Below the pieces are notes generated by a model. The model saw only the letters and a list, made by a program, of their open reading frames with translations, did no database searches and was not told the DNA's origin. Below are positions 15,668-25,313 of a stretch of 32,000 nt of DNA, piece after piece. Source of the DNA: Caldimicrobium thiodismutans (lineage in GTDB: Bacteria; Desulfobacterota; Thermodesulfobacteria; Thermodesulfobacteriales; Thermodesulfobacteriaceae); NCBI RefSeq assembly GCF_001548275.1, contig NZ_AP014945.1:420001-452000 (forward strand), read 5' to 3'. The position numbers were made by a program, and so were the translations under genes. How positions within the stretch are numbered: the first letter of the stretch is position 1; the number at the start of each line of letters is the position of its first letter.

Positions 15668-17461
15668 TTAGTTACCCTGAAGGAGCAACTTAAATCTCTC
15701 ACTATCTATAGTTTCTTCTTCAAGGAGAGTCTTAGCAACTAAGTGAAGCTTTTCTATATAATCTGTTATTATTTTTTTAGCCTCTTCATAGCATTTGTGA
15801 ATAATTTCCTTAGCTTCATGGTCAATAAGCCTTGCAGTTTCTTCAGAATAATCTTTGATCTGAAATAGCTCTTTTCCGAGAAAGATGGGTTCTTCAGATT
15901 TTCCATAAGTCAGGGGCCCAAGATATTTGCTCATACCGAATTCACAGATCATTTTTTTAGCAATATGCGTAGCCTTTTTAAGGTCATCCCTTGCCCCTGT
16001 GCTTAACCTTTGAAAGACTACTTCTTCACTTACTCTCCCTCCCAGGAGAACTGTTATTTTTTTCAAGAGATATTCTTCAGTATAGATATGTCTATCGTCA
16101 AGTGGTAGCTGTTGCGTTACTCCGAGGGCTTGTCCTCTTGGAATGATACTTATTTTATGCACTGGGTCAGGGTCAGGTAGATAGTGAGCAACCAGGGCAT
16201 GCCCTGCCTCATGATAGGCAATAATTTTTTTCTCCTCCTCACTTAAGGCCATACCCCTTCTTTCCTTACCCATAAGGATCTTATCTTTGGCCTCTTCCAG
16301 ATCCTCCATTTCAATGAATTCTTTGCCTTTTTTAGCAGCAATAAGAGCTGCTTCATTCATAAGGTTTTCAAGATTAGCTCCTGTAAAGCCTGGAGTGCTT
16401 TTAGCAATAGCCTTTAAATTTATTTCTGGAGCAAGTTTTACCTTAGAGGCATATAATTTCAGGATAGCCTCTCTTCCATTCACATCAGGGGGAGGAACCA
16501 CAATCTGTCGATCAAATCTTCCCGGGCGAAGTAGAGCCATATCTAAGATGTCCGGACGATTTGTTGCTGCAATAACCACAATACCTTCTGCAGTGTCAAA
16601 ACCATCCATTTCAACTAAGAGTTGATTAAGGGTTTGTTCCCTTTCATCATGCCCTCCTCCAAGACCTGCTCCTCTCATTCTTCCAACGGCATCTATCTCA
16701 TCTATAAAGATAATACAGGGAGCATGTGTTTTAGCCTGTTGGAAAAGATCTCTAACTCTTGCTGCTCCAACTCCTACAAACATCTCTACAAAGTCAGAAC
16801 CACTGATACTAAAAAAGGGGACGCCTGCTTCACCTGCTATAGCCTTAGCAAGCAAAGTTTTTCCTGTGCCAGGAGGTCCAACTAATAGGATACCCTTAGG
16901 GATTCTTGCCCCCAGTTTGGTAAACTTTTGAGGGTTCTTTAAAAACTCAACTACTTCTTGAAGTTCCTCTTTGGCCTCTTCTACTCCAGCCACATCTTTA
17001 AAGGTAATTTTGCTTTCACCCTCTTTAAATAATTTGGCCCTGGATTTGGCAAAGGAAAAGGGTTTGTTCCCTGGTTGCATCTGGCGAATAAAAATTACCC
17101 ATAAAAAGATAAGAATGATAAAGGGTAGCCAGGACACTAAAAAGGTAGTTATCCAGCTATTTTGATTTTCAGGCCTGACATTGATCTTAATACCCTGTCT
17201 CTTGAGTAGAGCTAAAAGATCTCTATCTTCTGGAAGAATGTAAGTTGAAAAGTCCTTATTATTTAAAAATTTTCCGTAGGCTCGTTTTCCTTCAATGGTG
17301 ACCTCTTTGATTTCTCCTTTTTCCACCTTTTCAAGGAAATCAGAATAGGAAAGAGAAAGAGTAGAGTAAAAATTTGTCTCTGTAAAAAAGAAATTGTAGA
17401 TTAATAAGATTAAAGCTCCAAGTAGGATCCAAACAATCAATCCTTTGGCTATATTTTTCAT
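15668..17461 (-). CDS. ftsH: ATP-dependent zinc metalloprotease FtsH
   Basis: 597 aa with two TM segments, an AAA+ Walker A (GPPGTGKT), the SRH motif and the HEAGH zinc site. Confidence 0.96.
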   Translation of the reverse strand: MKNIAKGLIVWILLGALILLIYNFFFTETNFYSTLSLSYSDFLEKVEKGEIKEVTIEGKRAYGKFLNNKDFSTYILPEDRDLLALLKRQGIKINVRPENQNSWITTFLVSWLPFIILIFLWVIFIRQMQPGNKPFSFAKSRAKLFKEGESKITFKDVAGVEEAKEELQEVVEFLKNPQKFTKLGARIPKGILLVGPPGTGKTLLAKAIAGEAGVPFFSISGSDFVEMFVGVGAARVRDLFQQAKTHAPCIIFIDEIDAVGRMRGAGLGGGHDEREQTLNQLLVEMDGFDTAEGIVVIAATNRPDILDMALLRPGRFDRQIVVPPPDVNGREAILKLYASKVKLAPEINLKAIAKSTPGFTGANLENLMNEAALIAAKKGKEFIEMEDLEEAKDKILMGKERRGMALSEEEKKIIAYHEAGHALVAHYLPDPDPVHKISIIPRGQALGVTQQLPLDDRHIYTEEYLLKKITVLLGGRVSEEVVFQRLSTGARDDLKKATHIAKKMICEFGMSKYLGPLTYGKSEEPIFLGKELFQIKDYSEETARLIDHEAKEIIHKCYEEAKKIITDYIEKLHLVAKTLLEEETIDSERFKLLLQGN

Positions 17462-17524
17462 TTAAGTGGCCCCCTTTTTAGTTCTACTAAAGTAAATTTA
17501 TAACAGGTTTCTTTAAAATCAACT

Positions 17525-18886
17525 TTAAAATTGAATCTGGAAGAGCCAGACCTGCTGCGTATTTTTTTGAATAATATATTCCGGATGAACATAAACATTC
17601 CAGACCCCTATGATTTGACCATTCCTTTCAATTATCAATAACTGATCTCTTAAATAAGAAGGAATTCTTTTTTCTTGTAAGAATTTTTTTAATTTTTTAT
17701 GGCCTATTCCCGGGATATAGATTTTATCTCCTGGTTTTCGTTTACGGATAATAAAAGGGGGATTGAGGTTATCTGCTGAGATCTGAAAGTTTCTTGAATT
17801 CTGAGATGGTCTTTCCTTACTCGGAATAAGAGAAAGAGTGAGTTTTCCCACAGGAAGATCAAAATGACCAGGGCTTTCTACCTTAATTTCAAAATATGGA
17901 ACAGTAAAAACTTTTTTCGTGAGTCTGAGATACCCCGGTCCTCTATAGGCTAAAAAATTTCCAGGTAAATAAACTGGCCCTTTAGCCTGTTTTAAAATCA
18001 AGGCATCAAGCATGAGAAGATGTCTTGAAGTTATTCTAAAGAGAGGAATACCAGCCTCTTTAAAGGCAAGGAAATAAATTCTTCTGCGAAGAACAGGGGG
18101 GAGTAATTTTAATTCTCCAATTTTTAAAAGGAGATCTTCTTCCCAGAAACTTTTTATTTTATCATAGTTTTCAAGGGCAAGCTCTTCAATTAATTCCTCT
18201 TCCTCTCCGATTATGGAGACGGTTTTCTTTAAAGTTTCTTTAATTTTTGGATTAAAATTCTTTTCTAAAAAGGGAATCAGGATATGTCGGATTTTATTTC
18301 TCGGGATGCGCAGATCCTGATTGGTTGGGTCTTCTCTCCAGTTAAGTCCTCTCTCTATAGCAAAATTTTTTATTTCTTCCTTGGATACAAAGAGAAAGGG
18401 TCTCACGATAAATTCCTCTCGTTTAACCGGGATACCAGCAAGCCCCCTTTTCCCTGTGCCTTTTATAAGCTTTAAAAAGACCTCTTCTACAAGGTCATCT
18501 AAGTGATGAGCCAGAGCTATGCGATGAAAATCGTATTTTTTGGAGAGATGATACCAAAGATTGTATCTCAATTCCCTTCCTGCCATCTCTAAACTTAGCC
18601 CTTCTCTTTTGGCATAGCTTGGAACTGGTGAAGAGGTATAGAAAAGGGGAAGTCCCCTTTCTTTGCAATATTTATACACAAAAAGGGCATCCCTGTGAGA
18701 TCCTTTCCGTATTTTATGGTCATAATGGGAGACAAAGATCTCTATTTCAAGATCTTTTTTTAAAAGAAAAAGGGTTTCAAGAAGGGTTAGGGAGTCAAGT
18801 CCGGAAGAAACCCCTACTAAAACTCTATCACCTTTGCGGAGAAGTTTATACTCTTCTATAAATTTTCTAATCTTTTTTAGAAACAA
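17525..18886 (-). CDS. tilS: tRNA(Ile)-lysidine synthase
   Basis: 453 aa with the PP-loop VGVSSGLDS, the HLDDLVE motif and a C-terminal TilS substrate-binding domain. Confidence 0.9.
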   Translation of the reverse strand: MFLKKIRKFIEEYKLLRKGDRVLVGVSSGLDSLTLLETLFLLKKDLEIEIFVSHYDHKIRKGSHRDALFVYKYCKERGLPLFYTSSPVPSYAKREGLSLEMAGRELRYNLWYHLSKKYDFHRIALAHHLDDLVEEVFLKLIKGTGKRGLAGIPVKREEFIVRPFLFVSKEEIKNFAIERGLNWREDPTNQDLRIPRNKIRHILIPFLEKNFNPKIKETLKKTVSIIGEEEELIEELALENYDKIKSFWEEDLLLKIGELKLLPPVLRRRIYFLAFKEAGIPLFRITSRHLLMLDALILKQAKGPVYLPGNFLAYRGPGYLRLTKKVFTVPYFEIKVESPGHFDLPVGKLTLSLIPSKERPSQNSRNFQISADNLNPPFIIRKRKPGDKIYIPGIGHKKLKKFLQEKRIPSYLRDQLLIIERNGQIIGVWNVYVHPEYIIQKNTQQVWLFQIQF

Positions 18887-19607
18887 GACTTAACACTTCC
18901 TTGGCAGAGGCTTGATGTAATTCAAAGGCTTTTTTTGCCAATTTTATTAAATCTGAAGTAATTTCTCCTGGGTTTCTTGGTTCAGGATAGAGTTCATATT
19001 TTTTAGAAGGGGCTTCTGGAATAGAGATTTTTAAGGATTTAACAAGCTCTTCATAGGTCTTTTCCCTTTCTTGAGGAGTTGCAATTTCAGAGGTGCCTTC
19101 GGTGAGGCGAGAAAAGAAGTTCAAAATAGAGGGGAGGTCGAAACGTTTATAAAAGGCCTGAGTCTCTTCTTTTAGAGTTAAGTATTCTTCATCAAGATCT
19201 TTGAGATTTTTAATATACTCCTTATAAGTTTTAAAGAGATCTTCATATAATTTCAAAAAAAGTTTTGTGAAGCGAGATTTGGAGGTAAGGCCAAAGGGTA
19301 GGGTTCCCAATCTTTGAAAAAGTCTTCTGCGTATATTTGAGGATTTTAAAACCTCTGGATAGTAACAGCTTTTTAAGGGAAATTGAGTAAGTTTTTCAAA
19401 TTCCTGAATTAATTCATCTTTTTCAAGCATAATTACAAGTCTGCAGACATTGAGAATTAAGGCCTCTTCTTTTTTAGAAAAGGCCTTTACCTCTTCTTCA
19501 AAGTCTGTCCAAGCTTTTTCAAGGGCCAACTTTTCAGTGAAGTAATTTTCAGCAATTTCCCTTTTAACCTCTCCGGTTAAGGCTTCAGCTATATCCTCCC
19601 AGGGCAT
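18867..19607 (-). CDS. Hypothetical all-helical protein; no family recognised
   Basis: 246-aa ORF. Its ATG overlaps the upstream DUF342 stop (TAATG), and its 3' end overlaps tilS by 20 nt. It is Lys/Glu/Leu-rich and I see no recognisable motif. Confidence 0.6.
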   Translation of the reverse strand: MPWEDIAEALTGEVKREIAENYFTEKLALEKAWTDFEEEVKAFSKKEEALILNVCRLVIMLEKDELIQEFEKLTQFPLKSCYYPEVLKSSNIRRRLFQRLGTLPFGLTSKSRFTKLFLKLYEDLFKTYKEYIKNLKDLDEEYLTLKEETQAFYKRFDLPSILNFFSRLTEGTSEIATPQEREKTYEELVKSLKISIPEAPSKKYELYPEPRNPGEITSDLIKLAKKAFELHQASAKEVLSLVSKKD

Positions 19608-21028
19608 TAGACGCCTTCCTTTGTTTTAATATTAGATTCCTCTAAGTAAAAGGTTATGGGACCTGATAATTCTGATTCGTTAGTATAAGTATGATCTGCA
19701 ATTCCTAAAATAACATTAGGATAAATTTTCTGCATTACTTTAATTGTTTTTAATCTCAACTCTTTTAGATTATCTTTTATTTTATTGATTTTTTCTTTTG
19801 TTTCTTTAAGCTTTATTTCAATTTTTTCTTTTTCAGCTAAAAGTTTTTGAAGTATACCTTCCTGTTTTGGAGAAAACCTCCCATCTCTCTTTAATTTTTC
19901 AGAAAGCTCAATTCCATATTTTATTTTTTTCAGACTTTCTATATAAATTTCTTCTTTTTCTAAAAGATATAGATAACTTTCTACTGTATCGCGAGTGTAT
20001 CCAGCAAAGACCTCTGTTTTTGTCTGAGCTGGATGACCCAAAATTTTTGCGGTAATATCACCAGAGGCAGTTACTTTTCCTCCATATATAAGACCTTTAC
20101 CATCAGTAACAATAATATTCCCTATAACTGAGGTATTAGTAAAAACAAGATAATCCTTGATCCATAGATCTCCATCTACCGCAAGATTAGCAAATTCAGC
20201 TCCTCTGATTTTGGCTGAACCTTTAACTTTTACCTTTGTTTCTTCTCCACGGAGCACTCCTTCACAAATAAAAAGACCTTCAACAAAAATATACACTTTG
20301 TTTTCCGTGCAACCCTTTAATTCAAGATCACCTTTACAATTCACGGAAAAGCCAAATTTGATATCTCCCTGAATAATAAGTTTCCTACCCACAAATTTAA
20401 TATTGCCTGTAGAAAAATCAACATCTCCTTTAAGTATGTATTCAGGCAAGACATCAAGTTTATTTTTTTCAAATATAACAACCCCCGAGGTCTTTGCTTT
20501 AATATAATGATCACCTTCATCTAAATAAACATTTTCTCCAAGTTCAAAGGTTCGTTCTTCTTTTAAAGGAGGTGGTTCAATGGGATCTCCCCAGATATTA
20601 ATTCCTGGAGTAGGAGGAATAGCTGGATACCATTTGGCTATAGGTTCTTGAGATTCAGCACAGATAATTTTTTGAAAAGTCTCTCTAAGGTTTATTTTTT
20701 CCTGGTAAGATTTTTCAGAAGATTCTTCAGCTGAAATATGAGTAAATTTGGGTAACAACTCTATTTTTTCAGAAATTCCCTCTTTGGGTAAATGCCCTTT
20801 AGCTACTATAATCTTTCCATCTATAATTTCAGGTTCTTCAAGTAAGGCTGAAATACCTTCTTTTTGTAAAAAATTTTTGATTTCTTTCCAGTGTTCATTA
20901 AATTTTTGTTTGACTGAAGCTTCAATAAGAGGATCTTCTAAAAAGACATAAAGGTCATCTTGAGAGACCTTGAAAATAAAGTCATTCCAGACAATTCCAG
21001 ATTCTTTGGCCTCTTTTCTATCCGTCAT
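19607..21028 (-). CDS. DUF342 / FapA-like protein (beta-helix repeats plus C-terminal coiled coil)
   Basis: 473 aa with a central repetitive beta-solenoid-like stretch (GNIKFVGRKLIIQGDIKFGFSVNCKGDLELKG, VKGSAKIRGAEFANLAVDGDLWI). A coiled coil follows (LLAEKEKIEIKLKETKEKINKIKDNLKEL). Confidence 0.6.
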   Translation of the reverse strand: MTDRKEAKESGIVWNDFIFKVSQDDLYVFLEDPLIEASVKQKFNEHWKEIKNFLQKEGISALLEEPEIIDGKIIVAKGHLPKEGISEKIELLPKFTHISAEESSEKSYQEKINLRETFQKIICAESQEPIAKWYPAIPPTPGINIWGDPIEPPPLKEERTFELGENVYLDEGDHYIKAKTSGVVIFEKNKLDVLPEYILKGDVDFSTGNIKFVGRKLIIQGDIKFGFSVNCKGDLELKGCTENKVYIFVEGLFICEGVLRGEETKVKVKGSAKIRGAEFANLAVDGDLWIKDYLVFTNTSVIGNIIVTDGKGLIYGGKVTASGDITAKILGHPAQTKTEVFAGYTRDTVESYLYLLEKEEIYIESLKKIKYGIELSEKLKRDGRFSPKQEGILQKLLAEKEKIEIKLKETKEKINKIKDNLKELRLKTIKVMQKIYPNVILGIADHTYTNESELSGPITFYLEESNIKTKEGV

Positions 21029-21637
21029 TTATCTCCTTTTTTTCCAGGTCTTCTCCTGACCCTGTAAAAGCCTTTTAATATTTTCTCTATGTTTTATCCA
21101 AATCAATACAGTTAAAAAAATACTGCTAAATATGTATTCGGTAGGGTAGTTAAAAAGATAAATAAATATCGGTAAAGAAGCGGAGGCTATTAGAGAACCA
21201 AGGGAGACAAATCCAGATAATAAAACAGCTATTAAAAAGCATACTAAGGAAGGAAGCATGGCCTTGGGAGTAAGAATTAAAAAAGTGCCAATGGTTGTAG
21301 CAACTCCTTTGCCTCCTTTAAATTTTAAAAAGGGAGAAAATAGATGTCCTAATACGCTAAAAAAGGCAACTCCTGCATATAACTCAGGGGTCTCTTTAAA
21401 ACTTAGAGAAGTGAAAATTTTAGTCAGTAAAAGAGCAAATATGCCTTTTCCTGCATCTCCAAGAAAGGTAATAAGCCCCCATTTTTTTCCAAGGAGTCTG
21501 GCTACATTAGTTGCCCCGGGATTTTTACTACCCTCCTTACGGGGATCAACTCCCTGAGGTAAAGCTACAATTAGGGCAAAGGGGATAGATCCAAGAAGAT
21601 AGGCTAATAAAAAATAATGAATGTAATTTATAAACAC
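21029..21637 (-). CDS. plsY: Glycerol-3-phosphate acyltransferase PlsY
   Basis: 202 aa and polytopic, with YLLGSIPF, GSKNPGATNV and KGGKGVAT motifs. GTG start. Confidence 0.9.
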   Translation of the reverse strand: MFINYIHYFLLAYLLGSIPFALIVALPQGVDPRKEGSKNPGATNVARLLGKKWGLITFLGDAGKGIFALLLTKIFTSLSFKETPELYAGVAFFSVLGHLFSPFLKFKGGKGVATTIGTFLILTPKAMLPSLVCFLIAVLLSGFVSLGSLIASASLPIFIYLFNYPTEYIFSSIFLTVLIWIKHRENIKRLLQGQEKTWKKRR

Positions 21638-21644
21638 AATTAAG

Positions 21645-21672
21645 AGTATATATAAATTTGCTGATAATTCAA
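21645..21672 (-). promoter_or_regulatory. Putative promoter of plsY and the downstream same-strand gene string
   Basis: On the minus strand: TTGAAT (21667-21672), a 16-nt spacer, then TATACT (21645-21650). Only 7 nt separate the -10 box from the GTG start, and there is no SD. The -35 box lies in the terminal repeat of R2. Confidence 0.4.
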
Positions 21673-21870
21673 GACCTTATATGTGTCCATATCAACTTTT
21701 CCCATGTGTCCTTTTTAAACAGGTAAGTTTTAATTGAATTTATTGCAGAGATTCAAACTTTTGAACCCTTGAATGTCCTGTTTTTAACAGGCAGGCATAG
21801 GCAGGATTATCTGCCACAGGCAGGATGATTAAATCTTGAAAAGATAAATTAAAGAGTAAAACTTTTGAAA
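21667..21870 (-). repeat. Intergenic repeat copy R2 (inverted relative to R1/R3)
   Basis: The ends match the R1 ends (ATTCAAGACCTTATATGTGTCCATATC and AAAGATAAATT...CTTTTGAAA). The core is colinear with the reverse complement of R1: GAGATTCAAACTTTTGAACCC vs GGGATTCAAGATTTTGAACCC, and ATCTGCCACAGGCAGG vs ATCTGCACAGGCAGG. Confidence 0.6.
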
Positions 21871-21873
21871 TTT

Positions 21874-23688
21874 TTAATAATCAACCCCGGGGATTTCCAC
21901 CGAAACTATTTTAGGGGTAATAAAAACCATTAATTCAGTTTTATCAGAGGACTTTTCTTTTCTTTTAAAAAGTTCACCTGCCCCGGGTATTTGAGAAAGT
22001 CCTGGAACACTATCAAGGCTATCTCCGATATCATTTGTTTTTATTCCACCTATGATTAAGGTTTCTCCACTGTTAATCAAGACCTTGGTTTTTGCTGTTC
22101 TTGTTACTAAAGCTGGAACACTATTTACAACTCTACCCCAATCAGGTGTGCTCTTTTCAATTTCTACATCAAGGCTAATCCTATTATCAGGGGTTACATG
22201 GGGGGTTACTTTGAGCCTCAAGACGGCATCAATGAATTGAGTAGTAGCAACCCCATATTGTGTAAGTTGGAGATAGGGTATTTTATATCCTTGCTTAATT
22301 TCCGCATCCTGATTATCCAGAGTTAATATTTTTGGTCTTGCGAAGATGCGTGCTACTCCCTTAGATTCCATCGCAGAAAGCTCTGCATCAAGAAGAAGGA
22401 CACTTTTCCCGATATGACCAAAGGCAAAGCCGATATTACTTGTTCCAGCAGTCCCTAAATCCACCAAAGTGCTCATTGGAAAAGTTATACTCATACTAGA
22501 ATTCCCAGGCCCACCTCCTCCGGGATAAGTATAGGTATTAGCTCCTGGAGTGATCGCGGGAGTTCTTCCAAGTCCAATTATAGTATGTTCAGTGCCTTTA
22601 TATGCAGAGCCACCCCATCTAATTCCAAGTCTATGAGCATACTGATCCTGCATCTCTACAATCCTTGCTTCAATTAAAACTTGCTTGGTTGGTTTATCAA
22701 CCTCTCTTATAATCCTTTCAATCTCTGCAATATTTTTCTCTGTATCCTTAACAATAAGAATATTAGAGTTGGGTTCAAAAGTAATTTTTCCATCACCAGT
22801 AACAATTTCTTTTATTTTGGATACAATGGTATCTCCTTTAACATATTTAAGCTGAAAGGTCTTAGTTGTGAGAGGTCCCTTTTCTTGAATGTCCTTTAAA
22901 GAGGTCAAATAATCTTTATATCTATCGCTTTCGGCTTTAATCTCATCAATGGGTGCAATTCTTACCACATTTCCAAGTCTCATCATGGCAAGGCCATAAT
23001 TTGCCAGAACCACATCTAAGAGCTGGTCCCAGGGAACTTGCTTCACTTTTAATGTGATACTTCCTTTAACCTTGTCACTTACAATAATATTTATATTTCC
23101 AACCTCTGCAAGCAACCTAAAGACAGCGTGAATATCAGCCTCTTGAAAATCAACTGAAATGGGAGTTCCAGTGTATTTTTTTACAAAGGGTAGTTGGATA
23201 TTTTCTTGAGTTGGCTGAATGGGATATTCGTAACGGGGTAAATCTAAGGTATCTATCTGGGATTTAAAAATCCTATCTCCCCTTATGGTAGCAAGGGCTG
23301 GTTTCTTTTCAGTTTCCCAGAGGAAATCAAGAAAAAGCTTGTTTTCAAAGATGGTGCTTTGAAAATTGAAATTTTTCAGAGTTATAAATTCAATTATCAG
23401 GTTATTTTTTTCATAGGAAACATTGAATTCTTTAAAGACATCCTTAGGAAGGTTTTTTATCCAGGCAGTTTTTTTTGGAGATACATCTATTAACTTAATA
23501 ATCAATTTATTTCCATCTTTAAAAACTTCAAAAGAAGGCTTTTTTTCAAATTCAAAAACTAATCTTTCAACAGGATCCTTTAAATAATAAACATTATTTA
23601 AAGGGTTTGGCACAGATGAATAAGATATTTTAACCGATAATAAAAATAAACATATTATAAAGATATACATAAATTTTAAATTTTTCAT
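21874..23688 (-). CDS. pilQ: Type IV pilus secretin PilQ
   Basis: 604 aa with a signal peptide, an AMIN-like N-terminus, secretin N-domains and a C-terminal secretin domain (VPGLSQIPGAGELFK...LMVFITPKIV). Confidence 0.92.
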   Translation of the reverse strand: MKNLKFMYIFIICLFLLSVKISYSSVPNPLNNVYYLKDPVERLVFEFEKKPSFEVFKDGNKLIIKLIDVSPKKTAWIKNLPKDVFKEFNVSYEKNNLIIEFITLKNFNFQSTIFENKLFLDFLWETEKKPALATIRGDRIFKSQIDTLDLPRYEYPIQPTQENIQLPFVKKYTGTPISVDFQEADIHAVFRLLAEVGNINIIVSDKVKGSITLKVKQVPWDQLLDVVLANYGLAMMRLGNVVRIAPIDEIKAESDRYKDYLTSLKDIQEKGPLTTKTFQLKYVKGDTIVSKIKEIVTGDGKITFEPNSNILIVKDTEKNIAEIERIIREVDKPTKQVLIEARIVEMQDQYAHRLGIRWGGSAYKGTEHTIIGLGRTPAITPGANTYTYPGGGGPGNSSMSITFPMSTLVDLGTAGTSNIGFAFGHIGKSVLLLDAELSAMESKGVARIFARPKILTLDNQDAEIKQGYKIPYLQLTQYGVATTQFIDAVLRLKVTPHVTPDNRISLDVEIEKSTPDWGRVVNSVPALVTRTAKTKVLINSGETLIIGGIKTNDIGDSLDSVPGLSQIPGAGELFKRKEKSSDKTELMVFITPKIVSVEIPGVDY

Positions 23689-24159
23689 TTATAACCTCTC
23701 CTTTTTTAGGGTTATTTTTTTTGTTTTTTTACTTTTTACACCAAATAAGTTTTCTGAGATTTCCTCAATAATTAAATAGTCTGTTCCAATTTCTTTGATA
23801 GTAGCCTTACCAATTTTATCTCCTTCTTTCAGGATATATCCTTTTCTTGTTGGATCTTGAAGTAAAGCCATTTTTTTCCCATTTTTCTTGAGGATACCTA
23901 CAAGCTCTAAGGGTATAGTTTCTTCTTTTTGGGTTAAAATTTTATAAGTTTTTGGGGTCATAAAGGGATTTTGAAGATTATTTATATCTATAGAATATAC
24001 CTCTTTTTTTATACTCTCTTTCCATTTTTCTAATTCTTGATCCTTTATGACAGGTATTTTAGGTTGGATTGTTTGATCTTTTACTTCTTCAGTCTTTTTA
24101 CAGCTATGTAGAAAAAAAGTAATTAAAAAGATGTTGAGTAATACAATTAATTTATTCAT
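23689..24159 (-). CDS. pilP: PilP-like pilus assembly lipoprotein
   Basis: 156 aa with a lipobox-like FLHSC and a C-terminal beta domain. It sits between pilO and pilQ. Confidence 0.65.
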   Translation of the reverse strand: MNKLIVLLNIFLITFFLHSCKKTEEVKDQTIQPKIPVIKDQELEKWKESIKKEVYSIDINNLQNPFMTPKTYKILTQKEETIPLELVGILKKNGKKMALLQDPTRKGYILKEGDKIGKATIKEIGTDYLIIEEISENLFGVKSKKTKKITLKKERL

Positions 24160-24761
24160 TTTTTTTCCTGATTTTTGTTGGCTGCTTCTCCAGTAAATTT
24201 ATATGTTTTAAAAGTGCTTTTTACCATAATTTTTTCTTCCTTAGCCTCTGGTGAAAATTCAATATTATTAAGAGTAACTAATCTGGGAAGCTTTTCTACA
24301 TCATTTAAAAATTTAATTATTTCAGAAAAGGTTCCTTTAAATTGCATATCAAAATATATTATATTATAGAAATCTTTTTTTTCTTCACTTCCAGGAGTAA
24401 ATTTTAGGATTTCAAGTCCATTTTTTTTCGCCATTGAATTAACATCTTTAAGTAATTGAGGTACTTCCTTTTCATTTGGGAGTATGGTCTTTATTTCCTC
24501 TAAGAAAATCTTTCTATTTTTTAGCTGTGCTTCAAGTTCTTTTTCTCTTTTAACAAAGCTTTCAAGTTTAGCTATTTCGATTTCAAGTTTTTTAATGTCT
24601 TCATTAAGAATTTTGATTTTTTCCTGAGCTGGAAGATAATAAAACTTATAAAATAAAAATAGAGGAACCAGAATTGTTCCCACAATCAATAGAATTTTTT
24701 CCCGTTTAGTGCTTGTCTCCTCCCAGGATTTAATGCGTTCCTTTAGACCTTGAATATTCAT
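24156..24761 (-). CDS. pilO: Type IV pilus assembly protein PilO
   Basis: 201 aa with a single TM, a coiled coil and a ferredoxin-like C-terminus. Gene order also supports the call. Confidence 0.75.
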   Translation of the reverse strand: MNIQGLKERIKSWEETSTKREKILLIVGTILVPLFLFYKFYYLPAQEKIKILNEDIKKLEIEIAKLESFVKREKELEAQLKNRKIFLEEIKTILPNEKEVPQLLKDVNSMAKKNGLEILKFTPGSEEKKDFYNIIYFDMQFKGTFSEIIKFLNDVEKLPRLVTLNNIEFSPEAKEEKIMVKSTFKTYKFTGEAANKNQEKK

Positions 24762-25310
24762 CTAAAAGAGCACCTCTAATTCAAACTCTACTAATTTTAA
24801 ATCACTTACTATCTTTTGCTGAGCATTTTTTAGATTTACTGATTTTATTATATCTTTTTTTTGTTCCAGATTTTGCATATACATTGCCAGAAAATCCATC
24901 TCAAGACCCAATCCTTTGATAGAGGCCTTTGCATTTTCCAGCTTAAGTGAAGAAAAGATAAGTTGATTCTGGATTGTATTAGCCATAATTTCAGCTAAAT
25001 ATCTGAGATTTTTACCCTGCGTATCCTTTAAAGCAATTATAGTCTCAATTCTTTTTTTAACTTCTTCATTTTCCTTTTCCATTGATTTTACTTTTTTTGC
25101 AATATTTTTATAATTATTTAATATCAATTCTTTGTTTTTTTTCTCCTTATCCAAAGAGTGAATCTTGGTTTGGATATTATAAATTAGAGAAGCCATAGTA
25201 ATTATAAAAAATAAAAATATAGCTGAATAAATTTTAAAAAATACAGGAGGTTTTTCCCTAATTTCAATTTCTAATTTTTCCTTAGGAATAAGATTGAATT
25301 TTATAATCAT
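24762..25310 (-). CDS. pilN: Type IV pilus assembly protein PilN
   Basis: 182 aa with an N-terminal FNLIP motif (the PilM-binding INLLP-like peptide), a TM segment and a coiled coil. Confidence 0.75.
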   Translation of the reverse strand: MIIKFNLIPKEKLEIEIREKPPVFFKIYSAIFLFFIITMASLIYNIQTKIHSLDKEKKNKELILNNYKNIAKKVKSMEKENEEVKKRIETIIALKDTQGKNLRYLAEIMANTIQNQLIFSSLKLENAKASIKGLGLEMDFLAMYMQNLEQKKDIIKSVNLKNAQQKIVSDLKLVEFELEVLF

Positions 25311-25313
25311 GAC

